The notes below the pieces were generated by a model. The model was given only the letters and a program-made list of their open reading frames with translations, made no database searches and was not told where the DNA came from. Shown one piece after another: positions 1 through 11,433 of a DNA stretch of 64,000 nt (its first letter is position 1; each line of letters begins with the position of its first letter). Origin of the DNA: Camelus dromedarius (taxonomy: Eukaryota); assembly GCF_036321535.1 (NCBI RefSeq), contig NC_087436.1, forward strand, positions 72,480,001-72,544,000, read 5' to 3'. The position numbers were made by a program, and so were the translations under genes.

Positions 1-530
1 AGCTGTTTGCAGGGTACTTCTGCTGGGGTTTGGGGAGGATGTCCTGGGCAGCCTTCAGATTCTTCCTTTACCACTTTCACAGAGTCAAACTGCTTCCCGT
101 TTAAATGGCTCCTCTGTGTGAGTCTTTGTGTTATACCCACAGTGAACTATGCTAGATCCAAAAGGGCTTCCCTCGCCTTTATTCCTACATTCTCTGCTAC
201 AAATACGAGAGAGATATATTGCATTTTGATGTGACCCCCTTCACCTTCAGGAAGTGTATTTTTGTCGTCATTTTCAGAGATCTGCCAGTACTGGCCATCT
301 TGGTATTCTCTGAACTTCTTTCTGCCTTTCTCCCTATGTGGTATCCACTAACTCTGCTACTCCTGGGTAACTTTTACATGTTTTTGGAGTCTGTGGAAAA
401 TATGTCTTCTAGTTTTGCTGAATACAGGGATCCTGCAGTTTTTGTTATTGTCATTAACTGTGTAGTGTTGCATGTTATCTGGGAGAAGAAAGAAGATACT
501 ATCTCACACAGGCACGTTCTTACTGGAAGT
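1..530 (-). mobile_element. Old L1-like (L1M/HAL1-type) 5' fragment
   Basis: T-rich degenerate sequence resembling the antisense 5' region of ancient L1s; family uncertain. Confidence 0.3.
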
Positions 531-1279
531 CCTTCCTTTGACTGCCCTCATCACTGCCTTTCTCTCATTCCCCTTACTTGGCTCAGACTTTAAGCACTGG
601 AATCCCTCAGACTGCTAACCTTTCTTATTCCTACATCACTTATTAAAGCATGTATGAATACTTCCTGTTATATCCTAGACCTCTCCATCGTTTTCTAAAC
701 ATATAACTTCAAGGTTGGTCCATTTTTTCCTACTGTTCTTTTGGTTTGGAATGCCATTTTATTCTTTCCCTGATTAGTATACTCTTGTTCATACTTCATG
801 ACCTAAAAATGTACATTGACTCCTTTAGGAACCCTTCCTTGACACCTTCTCAAAATGAGGCAGAATTAATATCTCACTTGTGCTCCCATAGTACATCATC
901 CCATTTTAGTGCACTTATTTTATTATTTTCAGAATTTATATATCTTATTATCAAGCTAGTGAATACCCCCTGCACCTATGTATTGACCTGTCAATACAGA
1001 ACTTTCAAATCCTGGATTTCTAGGACCCTATTTATAACTCTCCTTTGATGGTCAACACACACCCTTATTTGGTCTCATTTGATTTTCCACTGGTCAATTG
1101 AAGGGAACAATATTAAGGGTCATCTAGATTTCCTTATCTAACTTTTGGTTTCAAAGTGATTTGATCATTTCAAAGCAATTTTTCTATTCTCAGGATGTAA
1201 CTAAAACTCCTGCAGAACTGGAGCATTATAAATTTTGAAAAACTCAGTAATCATTAATGGAAGTTATTCTATATTCTAG

Positions 1280-1372
1280 GTGATGCAACTGTGACAATAG
1301 CTCACAGATACACCCCGAAAGAACAACTGAAGATCCATACTCAGCTGGCAGATGTTATCATAGTAGCTGCAG
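1280..1372 (+). CDS. MTHFD2L: MTHFD2L internal coding exon (third from last), 93 nt, phase 1-1
   Basis: ttctag|GT GAT GCA ... GCT GCA G|gtaagt. Encodes (G)DATVTIAHRYTPKEQLKIHTQLADVIIVAA(G), the NAD(P)-binding domain of the FolD/MTHFD2 family; splices in frame to the exon at 39280. Confidence 0.96.
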
Positions 1373-2788
1373 GTAAGTCTTTGTAGCTGTTATTTGGTGG
1401 AATGTCATCAGCAGAATAATTCCTACCCTAATTACTGATCTGTCTATAAGAACTGCTTCTTGGGAGAGTTAGGTATGTGTACAACTAAATAACATTTTAT
1501 GTCTCTTGGCAATCATCATATTGGTCCATTATGCCTATGTTAGATTTTGTCACTTCATCATAGAAAACTGAAATAGCCTTTGGAATGACTGATTCAGCAC
1601 AAGAATAAGTGTGGACTTTGACAATTACTTTGACAGACATGATTGATTCTAAACATGAATAAGTAATGCGGAGACTGGTACAAAATGCTGTTGAAAAGGT
1701 AGCCAGGGCTAACTCATGTCCGACCTCATAGATCTTGTATAAAACTTTCATATAAGCCAAAGATGGCTACGGGCAGGAGACTGACATGGTCTGGCTTATG
1801 TTTTTAAAATATTACTCACACTGTGCCAAGAAAAATTGACTCTAGAAGGGCAAAACTAGAAACAGAACAGTTACTGCATTTTCATTTAATGGATCTAGGT
1901 TTTTCCTTAGTTTGTTTTATATTCAAACATACAAGTAATTCTACCCTTTGCTTCTACCTTTACTCCTCCCACATAGTATTTTTACACTGCAGACAATTGT
2001 GACTCCTCTTGCTTTATTCAAGGCTTCAATGAGAGCATTTTTTATTCTGTTTATCAACTAGATGTTATTGGTAATTCCTAGACTTTACACTTGAATTGCT
2101 GAGTATTTACAAACTATGAAGTGAGAGTAAAATTTCCAGAAGAAGTTGAGTTTGATGAACGAGAATAATGATAGTTTAAATTAGCTTCAACCAAATTTAA
2201 TTCACTTTCTTACTATAATTTAGGCCTTTCTCTGGAACTGAGAATATATATGTGATAACTCCAGGTGGAGTAATCTGCTTCTTTATAGAGGAAAAATAGA
2301 AATATTCTCTTTTCAAGAAGTCACCAGTAAGCTGGTACAGCTAACCACACTTCCTGTCTATCTGAGAAATTATATTCAGGTAATATCAAATGCAAGTTTT
2401 TGAACAGGGTTGACATAAGACTGATGTTTAGAGAGGCAGTACATTTTTTAGACAACAGATCAACATTAAGTGGGCTACTGCTGCAGCAACTGATATATTC
2501 AGAGAGGGCAAATATTATGTTGAATTTTTTAGAAACACTTGGATTCACACACAGGTCTCAGGATATGGTGAGTAGAGAGGAATTTGAGTGGCCATTGTCC
2601 GTCTTTCATAAGACAGAATAAAATTTCCATTATCTTTAAAAGGTGCTGCTTAACTCTAATGTTAACAGCTTGTAAAGAATATTTCATAATTGATCTTCAT
2701 CCCCACTTACCAATTATTACATTGAATAAATATTTTCATCTAGTGGAGCAAAGTGCCTCAGTGTGCATTCATGCTCATGTTTTTCTTT

Positions 2789-3002
2789 CTTTTTTAATAT
2801 ATATTTTTATTATATATTTTCTAAATTTTATTAATATATATTATTATATATTTATTATATATTATTTATTACCCTCCACTTTATATATATATATTTTTTA
2901 AGACTTTTTTGGGGGAGGAGGTAATTTGGTTTATTTATTTATTTTTTAATGGCAGTACTGGGGATTGAACCTCTAAGCATGCACTCTACTACTCCCTCCC
3001 CC
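2789..3002 (-). mobile_element. tRNA-derived SINE (Vic-1-like), internally deleted, with an expanded AT-rich tail
   Basis: Minus strand shows gtagagtgcatgcttag..ggttcaatcccagtact and the aattacctcc tail motif; 13-bp TSD catgtttttcttt at 2776-2788 and 3003-3015. Confidence 0.8.
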
Positions 3003-5899
3003 CATGTTTTTCTTTTGATGAGAAATAACAAATGGGTGATCAGTCCTCTTTCAAGAACCACTGACATTCTGTTGTGACTAAATGAAACCTATGTCCCAAG
3101 TATTTACGCCAACGCTGTCATCATCCTTGAGTTACTCCTGTAGACTCACAATGGGCTCCTTTGTAAAGGCCTACATCAAAACTGAGTATAAGGTGTTAAA
3201 TTAAGACAGAAAAAGAGAAAGGAAAATAAAGGAAGAGAGAAAGGAAGGACCAATCCCATATAAAATTCACAGAAGAGGAGCCAGGAGGCACTCAAGCCCC
3301 TGAGTGTAGAGACAGTATGGAGGCTGCACAGCAGCCCTCCTGCTCAGGGTATCCTCTCACCACCAGAGTGCGCCAGTCAGGTGTGCAGCTATTTCAGACA
3401 GACAGTTGGCCACACACCATCCTAATCCTGACCTGGAAAACATTTTGAATGAAGGCAGTGCAAATGGGTCTTGCTCCTGCCTTCTATTCTAGCTCTAATG
3501 CCTCTAAGTAGATACAAAGGTCTGCTGAATGCTGGAAGACAGCCTGGTACATAGCCCTGCAGCCATCCTGAAGAAATGAATATTTGGATAATGGGAAATT
3601 GGGGGGAAGAAAATTGAGAATTTATAAGAAATAACTAAACATTGCTACATTTCCACTTCCTTAATAATCACCTGGAGAATTTAAGGATAAAATGTGTTGA
3701 TATTGGTGAATTGTAGGGAAATTATAGAGAAAGCATGAATTAATGTAAAAAAGAAATTCCATATAATGGGACAATAGGAATTAAATACTAAATGGTCATT
3801 ACTAAAATGACCACATCATGCATTATGTGTGGGAAATAAGCACATGCAATTAGCAGTGGGGATTAAAGAAGGAGATAGTGATCTAATGGCAGAGGTAGCT
3901 GGAACAGGGAGGGCTGGGTCGTTGTCATAACTAGAATGTCAGCATATATGGAAGCAGTCCCATCTAGAAGTCAGGAAGAGTAGAAGGAGGAGCAGTGCGT
4001 GATGTATCAGAAAGATCAATGTCTGAGAGATGACAGTACAGAGTGTAATGATGAAATCTCAGAATGGGCTTGCAGAAAAAAAAGGTAAAAGAGGAAATCG
4101 TTGTGCAAAGAGTCTGGGACATGAATAAAATTAGCTTATGTTAATATTAATCTCACCCCTCCAGTTTCTCAAATTCCCATACTTTCATCCTTATAGGTTT
4201 AACTATATAACACTTACTTTTTAAATATCTATCTGCAAAAATCGAGATTTGGACTAATTTAGAAGCTCAAATCTGAAAATCAGATTATCAGACTGCATTT
4301 AGAAATAAGAAGCTTCAAGTCTCTACTTATAGCTACCTCTGAGTTCACAGAGAGAATGAATCTGTTTTTAGGGCATTTTCACTAGACTAGCAGGGACAGG
4401 ACTAGGGATTTTTTTTTAAGCTTGGTAGCCAAGTGCTTATAACAATATCTGACACACAGTGGGTACTCAGTAAATGTGTGCTGTGTTCATTTTTGAGATT
4501 ACAAATGGAGCAAGAACTTCTTCAAATTGATACAAACTTAGCTGATGAAATTTTAAGAATATAATTTTATAAAGATGGAATCATTAGCCTAGATTTTGGC
4601 TGATTTATACAATGGTAGCATTATTTTTGTGACTAGTAAACATTCCTACTTTGTCATCATAAATTGATAAAGCCATAAAAATGAAAGATTTGTTTATTAG
4701 AGAGTAGTTCATATCATTACATATATGAATCAATTGATTTGATTTGAACGGTTAAGATTAAGAAATTATGAGCAGGATGAAGAAACTAAGAGACTGTTAT
4801 AGACATCTAAAATATAGTAAGAGTATTAAACAATTAAATGAAAAGAAGTAGTTTAGGAAAGGCTAAATTGGCTTTCTGTAAGGCTAATGATAAAACAGGG
4901 AAAGCTGGCAAGAATAGGGCACCAGTTCTAAGAGTGGCAGAAGACGTTTGGCTCTGCTATAGCTCATGCTTCCAGGAAACTGAGGGAAATCTTAAGTTTG
5001 TAAAAGTTCTAGGAATCGTGATTTTCCAGGCAGGATAGGCAAGTTTTTTCCCAGACATTGTCCAAAGGACCCTCCACCCATCTGAGTAAACTCTGTGGAA
5101 TTAGCTTCATTCAGAAGATGAGCTGCTGAGTCAATGCCACTTGCATGTTAACCTCTGGATGCATAGTTGGTGAAAGCTGGTATTTTGTCCACTAAGCTAT
5201 CCCTGCCAGCATGATGAACGAACCCTCACCGTCGCAACTCTAGCGTCTCTATTGCAACACTCTTAATGATAGACACTGTAATATAAAATAGGATAAATGG
5301 GCAATTCAGTAGAGTAATTTGGAATATTCATACTTACTCGTCAGAAAATACAAGGTGGCCAACCAATTTCTTTTCACTGCTTCTCCCAGGATATTATCGA
5401 GTTTTAGATACACTCCCATTACACATCATCTCAGGTTCAGAGTTTTCCCTCTGGTAGATTTCTGCCTTCCTGGGGCCAGGTTAGTAATTTTCAGGATGCC
5501 AGGACACTGAGAAGTTCCACGGGGTGGGGCAAGGAAATACTCTATCCCACCCTTTGCAGCTCATGCAACTCGGGAGTGGAATTTGCTCACTTATGGCCCC
5601 AAGTGCTTCCTGAGTGGATGCTAGCACATCTCATGGTTTCACTAAAGCTGTTGTTCTTCCCCTATCCTATTTCTCATTCTCTATCTTGTCCTCTTGGACA
5701 GTTGCCTTTACCTACCCTCCCAGTCTCCCTCTCTTTCTACCTCCTCCCCCGCCCCCATTCCAGCCCCCAGACTCCATCCCCAAAGGCTGAGATACCACAT
5801 AGGCAAAGCCTCCCTGATCTACAAGAAATCAGCTTCATCAATGAACAAGAGGGCATTTGACTATTAATTTTTTTTTCCTAATGTCAGTAATACATCCCT

Positions 5900-6270
5900 G
5901 GGAAAAACCTGGGAAACCTGACCATTAAAGGGAAAAGAACCCATAATCCCAGCCATAGCCAACCACAGTTAACAATTTGATGTTTGGCCTTCCACTATTT
6001 TGTATTAATATGTAAATCTAAGTATTTACATAGTTCTTTGACCCTATATGTACTATCTGGATGTTACAGCTCCACACTGTGTACATGTTTCCTCATAAAA
6101 TGTTTTCTTCTAACACATGATTCTTAATTACTTCATATTATTCTATGTGATGAGTATACTATAACTTATTTATTCAATTCTTGATTGTTGGACATTTCGA
6201 TTGTTCCCAGTTTTTACTATTATGAATATTGCAGTAAACAACTGTGAACATCTTTGTAAATACCTACAAT
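5900..6270 (-). mobile_element. Ancient L1 (L1ME-like) 3' fragment
   Basis: ttggacatttcgattgttcccagtttttactattatgaat..tgaacatctttgta is typical of antisense L1M 3' sequence. Confidence 0.6.
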
Positions 6271-6579
6271 TATTTGCAAAAGGGATCTATAATATTTGTT
6301 TTACTGGTCTTAAATTCTTTCTTTGCTTATGAAAGATTACTTATATTCTCAAAAACAAAATTAACATTTAAACCTTTGTGTATAAAAAAGACTGCATATG
6401 TGTATATAGTATTAATTACATACATATATATGAATATAATATTTCCTGCCTTGCATGTGTATTACTGCACAGCTTTCATATACACCAAGGTACGAGTATC
6501 ATTTGTAAGCCATTCTGGAGGCCTGTTATCATAACAAATCAGTACTCTGAGGCTTTAGGGATACAGACAAGAATAGGGC

Positions 6580-6815
6580 AGCCTGTGGTGTAAAGTGAAA
6601 GGGACTAGCCTAAAGGCAGGGTGTGGAAGTAGACGGAGCATGCCTTTAAAGTAGGGAGGCTCTGGGGTCAATGTCAGTTTTAGCCTTAAACATCACATTT
6701 AACTCTCTGGGCTTCATTTTCAACTATTACAAAATAGAGGTAACATGACTAGTCTTACAGGCTGCTGCAAGAATTAAGTGTCTAGCACATGCTTGATACT
6801 AAATAAATGTAGCTT
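6580..6815 (+). mobile_element. MIR
   Basis: Core catttaactctctgggcttcattttc..acaaaatagagg and a 3' end tagcacatgcttgatactaaataaatgtagct. Confidence 0.6.
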
Positions 6816-7681
6816 CTCTTCCCTTCAGTCTGTTGTGTTATGAGTCTATGATTAAAATTACAATATGCTTTAAATGAAAATATACAAAAAAATTATCGTC
6901 TAGCACTAAAAACTTACTAATACTTTGATATACATTCTGTAAAAGATGTATATGAACTTCACTGTTAAGATTCTTCCTTGACCCCTGTTATCATCAAATA
7001 AACAAAAACATTCCCACCAAACTGAGCATCTGGGAAACATCCCAAGGTTTTATTTCTTTTTCTTCATTTGCCTGAGACCCTTATATGTATATATTTTTTC
7101 TCAACTTGTTATAATTGCATGTACTTTTGAAAAAGGGGTTACAAGCTTTCGTCTCCAAGTGTTTTCACCTGATGGTATCAGTACATGACATAAGCACAGA
7201 CTGATTTTTCTCCTTGGAGGTTAAATGATGAAGGATACGTTGTTAAATGGTATGTTGTTTATTCTTAATTCTACTTGGTTACATATATGTCTATCACAGG
7301 GGGGAAGGGCCCTTTCAAGAAGTGTCTGGCCACTGGAATTCCTACTTTGTTATGTTTTTATGGCCACGTCTTTAAAAATTTTATACTATGAAATATTTAA
7401 AATATGCATAAAAGTAGCAAAAGAACAATGTTTATACCTATACAAACACCAGTCAGATTTGTCAGATCTGAATATTGTCATGCATGTTTTCAATACACAT
7501 TTCTGCAACTTATTGTTATGTTTTGGAGATTTGCCCATGTGAATAGACATAGCATTAGCTGTATAATTCTCAGTTGAGGGAGTTTCCATTTTCTGTTAAT
7601 GGATATGTATGTTATTGCCAATTTATTGCTAACAGAAGTAGTGCTGTAGTATATAGGTCTGTACATATTTCCTTGGGTCCG

Positions 7682-8740
7682 TTCATTCTTTCAATAGATA
7701 TTAATTTTGCCACTATTTATATTAGGCCCTATATTAGATGCTGAAAAACAGAGATACATAAATTATAGTTTCAATTCTTGGGAAGTTCAGAGTCTAGCAA
7801 AGGAGAAAGATGTACAAATTAGTGTAATACTGTTTCCTGATACAGTATTAGAGGTATGTGTGTGCAGACATGTATATGTCTGTCCATCATCTAGGAAGAA
7901 ACAGAGAGAAAGAGAGGCAGCAGAGAGACAGACAGAGACCAAGAGGGACAGACACATGCACACAGAGAGACAGAAGCAGAGGTCAAAAGAGACAGAGACA
8001 CAGCGACGGAGACAGAGAGAGAGAAAAGACCTCTGAGGAGTTGTGACAGCTGTGTTTCACCAGCTCTGAAGATGAAATGATTCAGGGGGGCCCTGCACAC
8101 AGAATGAACAGAAGTTCCCTAGGAAGAATCAAAGCAAAGGGGACTTCCAGCAGCTTACAGCTATAAAACTCTGTGCATATTTCAAAAACTATTAACTTTT
8201 TCAAAATGATAGATGCCTGTCTGTGAGTGATGAAAGATGAAGTTGAGCACTTAGGGAGGGCCAGACAGCAAAATAAATGAAGAGATTTGGATACAGAGTA
8301 GTTTATGGGTAACCTGTAAATAGTTGTAAGTGCTAAATAACATGATAATATTTAAATTTTAGAAGGGTTATTCTAGGAGCCGCTGGGCAGGGATGAGGCT
8401 GGAAGTAGCACTGAGGTGGTTCTAAACTAATACAGGAATAGCTGAAAATCAAATGGAGAAACAAGGTAGACTAGAAAGACTTTCTGGCTCTGGATCCTGG
8501 GCATATGGTGTTACCATTAACATGGAAGAGGGTGTAGAAAGGAAGCAGGGTGTGGGAGGGGGAGAAGATTAGTGGGCGGGAGGTGATAATGAACCCCATT
8601 TGAACTTGCTGAGTTTGAAACACTCATGGTATATTCAGGTGGAAAAGTCCAGTAGAGGATTGAGATATGTGGGTTTGGGATTAGGGAGAGAGCTCTGATC
8701 TGGAGTGACAGGTTTAGAAGGCATTAGCAACAATACACTA
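7682..8740 (-). mobile_element. L2 fragments
   Basis: Begins ttcattctttcaa (antisense L2 3' end); gagtttgaaa..aggtggaaaagtccagtag-type L2 body. Confidence 0.55.
7895..8030. repeat. GA/CAGA-rich simple repeat
   Basis: Degenerate agagac and agagag runs. Confidence 0.8.
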
Positions 8741-9104
8741 CACTGAGAAGGAGGTTTGAGGTTTGAGGTTTTTTGTTTTTCGTTTTTTGTTTTTTACCAT
8801 GCCTCCAATGGACTTACCTTTTTCTAGTTTATTAATTTTTAGTAGACTTTATTTTATTTGAGGCTGTATCAAATCATAGTTGTAAAAATACTGTTTAACA
8901 ACACCCATGTAAGGTATAAAATATGCCTTAATATGATGACAAATTTAAATACATGGTGCTAACATGGGATGACAGTGGTTGCCTTTATTTAAAGTAGAAA
9001 AGTCTTTCAAGCATCACGCTGCAAATTTTGAAGTGTAACAAAATAATAAAAGAGGAGAAGGGGGAGTGGAAATACAGAGGACCTAGATGAGGTATGTAAT
9101 TAGT

Positions 9105-9227
9105 AGGGAACTATATTCAATAGCTTGTAATAACCTATCATGGAAAATAATATACATATGTATACACACACGCAACTGAATCACTATGTGGTATACCAGA
9201 AACTAACATAACATTGTAAATCAACTA
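9105..9227 (+). mobile_element. Short L1 3'-end fragment, left part (resumes at 11446-11461)
   Basis: agggaactatattcaatagcttgtaataacc..acattgtaaatcaacta, then tacttcaaaaaaaaaa after the inserted element. Confidence 0.8.
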
Positions 9228-11433
9228 GAGAGTCTTCAAGACGGCAGAATATAAGGACATGGAGCTCACCCTCTCCCGCAAATACATCAAAAATATATCT
9301 ACGTGTGGAACAATTCTCACAGAATGCCTCCTGAATTCTGACAAAAGATCTCATACATTCAAAGCTACAAGAAAGATCTCCATGTAACCGGGTAGGACTT
9401 AAAAACATAAACAAACGAAAAACAGAATCAATATGGTGCCTGTGCCTTGGGGAGGGAGTGGTGAAAGAAGAAAAGTGCTCTGGGAAGTCCCTTCAACAGC
9501 GGGGAGATTAGCGGGAACAGAAGGGGATCTTCAGAAGCTTTGAGGGGAACGTAGCATCCGCTTTGTGGCAGACAGAACAGACAGAAGCCAGCACAGAGGG
9601 TCCAGGCAGGCCCCAGCCCAAGACTTGAGCCTGCTGGTGTGTGTTGGCCCTGGGTGCTGAAGCTTGGACTTCAGAGGACAGACCCGGGGAGAGGACGAGG
9701 GTTGGCTGTGCAGAGCCAGCTTTAAGGGGCTACAGTGATGTGCAGGCTGAAACTGGGAGTGTACAAAGGAGTCCATGTCCACCTTTGAAGCCCCACTGTT
9801 AATATGCTTTCACAAAGGGAGGGTCAGGACACCACCAAAGAAACCTCTTTCTTTGGGAAGCTCACAAGGTGTAGCCCTGCTCTAAAAGCCTCATTATTAA
9901 CATGCTCTCATGAAAGGAGGGGCAGGACCCAGCCGTAACAGTCTCCTTCTCAGCTTGCTCTGGAAGGGTGCAGTTGCTGGTGGGTTGAAACTTGAGCTCA
10001 TTCCCAGAAGCCACAAAAATGCAGAAGCTGTGGAGCTGAAATCTGAGCTGTGTCCCAGCTGGATTTGGTGGACTTATGCCATCGGTGCTTTGTAAATTCA
10101 GTGCATGCGGGACATCTGGGCAGAATATTGGTGTGTGGTTGGGGCAGGTCTGACATGAACAGCAGGCATGCACATGCGGGGGTAAGGCCGGGGTGACCCT
10201 GTAGCCCACGGCCATCCAAGTGCATGACTACGCACAATTACAGTGGGCCCTGGTGCCTGACTTCTTTGGACCTGCCCTGGTGCTTTGTGAGCACAGTGCC
10301 CGAGGGATACCAGGGCAGGCAGCCTGCATTCCCACTGCTGAGGCGGGGCTGAGGGCAGCGCCAAACAATGTACTTTGTTAGCCTGCACAATGGGTGGCAG
10401 GTGACACCACAGAGGGCACTTCCCAGGGGACTTCTCCTGTGGAGGAATACTCAGCAGCTCCTCTCCCAGCGGAAGTGCTCCGGTCCCGCCCTCCTCATTC
10501 GGCAGCTTAGAAACAAATCTGCGGGGCCTCTTCTCCAACAACTAGGGAACAGACATGGGCCCCGACAGGGCTGTGACAGCCACAGGGCAAAGAGGAGGCC
10601 CCGCTCAACATCCAGTGCAGGCTCTGGTCACCACAACACCAATTACACCCCCATCACGGGGACAACAGCCAGCACACATGGAGGAAAAACATGGCAGCCA
10701 TCCATACTACAAACAGCCCTCACAACAAAAATATCAGATGCACAAAGCTACACAAGGACGCTCCCACACAAGAACAGCGCTTCAAGACCAAGTGGGTAAC
10801 TGTTACTCCTAAGTTCATAGTGTCAGAGAAATAGAATAAAATGAAGAAGCAGAGGAACCACTCCCAATTAAAAGAGTAAGAGAAAGCCCCTGAAAAATCA
10901 ATGAAATAGACTTCTACAGTCTGCTAGAACTTGAATTCAAAAAGGAAACAATACAAATATTGAATGAATTAAGTGAGACTATTGATAGAAATGCAGATCA
11001 CTGTAAAAAGGAACTAGAAACTATAAAGAGAAGCCAGTTAAAATCAGAAAACTCCATTGCTGAGATGAAAGCCGAGCTAAAGGCAATAAACAGCAGACTA
11101 AATAATGCAGAAGAACAAATAAGGGATCTAGAAGATAGAGTAATGGAAACCACCCAATCAGAACAGCAGATAGAAAGACAAATGAAAAAAAAAATGAGAG
11201 CAATATGAAAGACCTATGGGATAATATAAAATGTGCCAATGTATGCATAACAGGGGTCCCAGATGGAGAAGAAAAGAGAAAAGGGGGTCAAAAACATATT
11301 TGAAGAAATTACGGCTGAATTTCCCAAACCTAAAGAAGGAAACAGATATCCTGGTACAGGAAGCACACGGTTCCCAAACAAGATGAACCCAAACAGATCT
11401 ACACCAAGATATATTATAATTAAAATGGCTACA
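9228..11433 (+). mobile_element. L1 5' UTR plus N-terminal ORF1, 3'-truncated
   Basis: Starts gagagtcttcaagacggcagaa (L1 5' terminus); GC-rich UTR; ORF1 ATG at 10841 with a TAA at codon 13; coiled-coil ORF 10960-11208; ENFP and RSTPRYIIIKM-type motifs; TSD gtaaatcaacta at 9216-9227 and 11434-11445. Confidence 0.9.

Noticed and set aside
7707..8100. Arg/Glu/Gln-rich ORFs
   Set aside because: Translation of a GA/CAGA simple repeat.
9531..10812. Cluster of 60-147 aa ORFs on both strands
   Set aside because: Expected by chance in a GC-rich L1 5' UTR with few stop codons; no recognisable domains.
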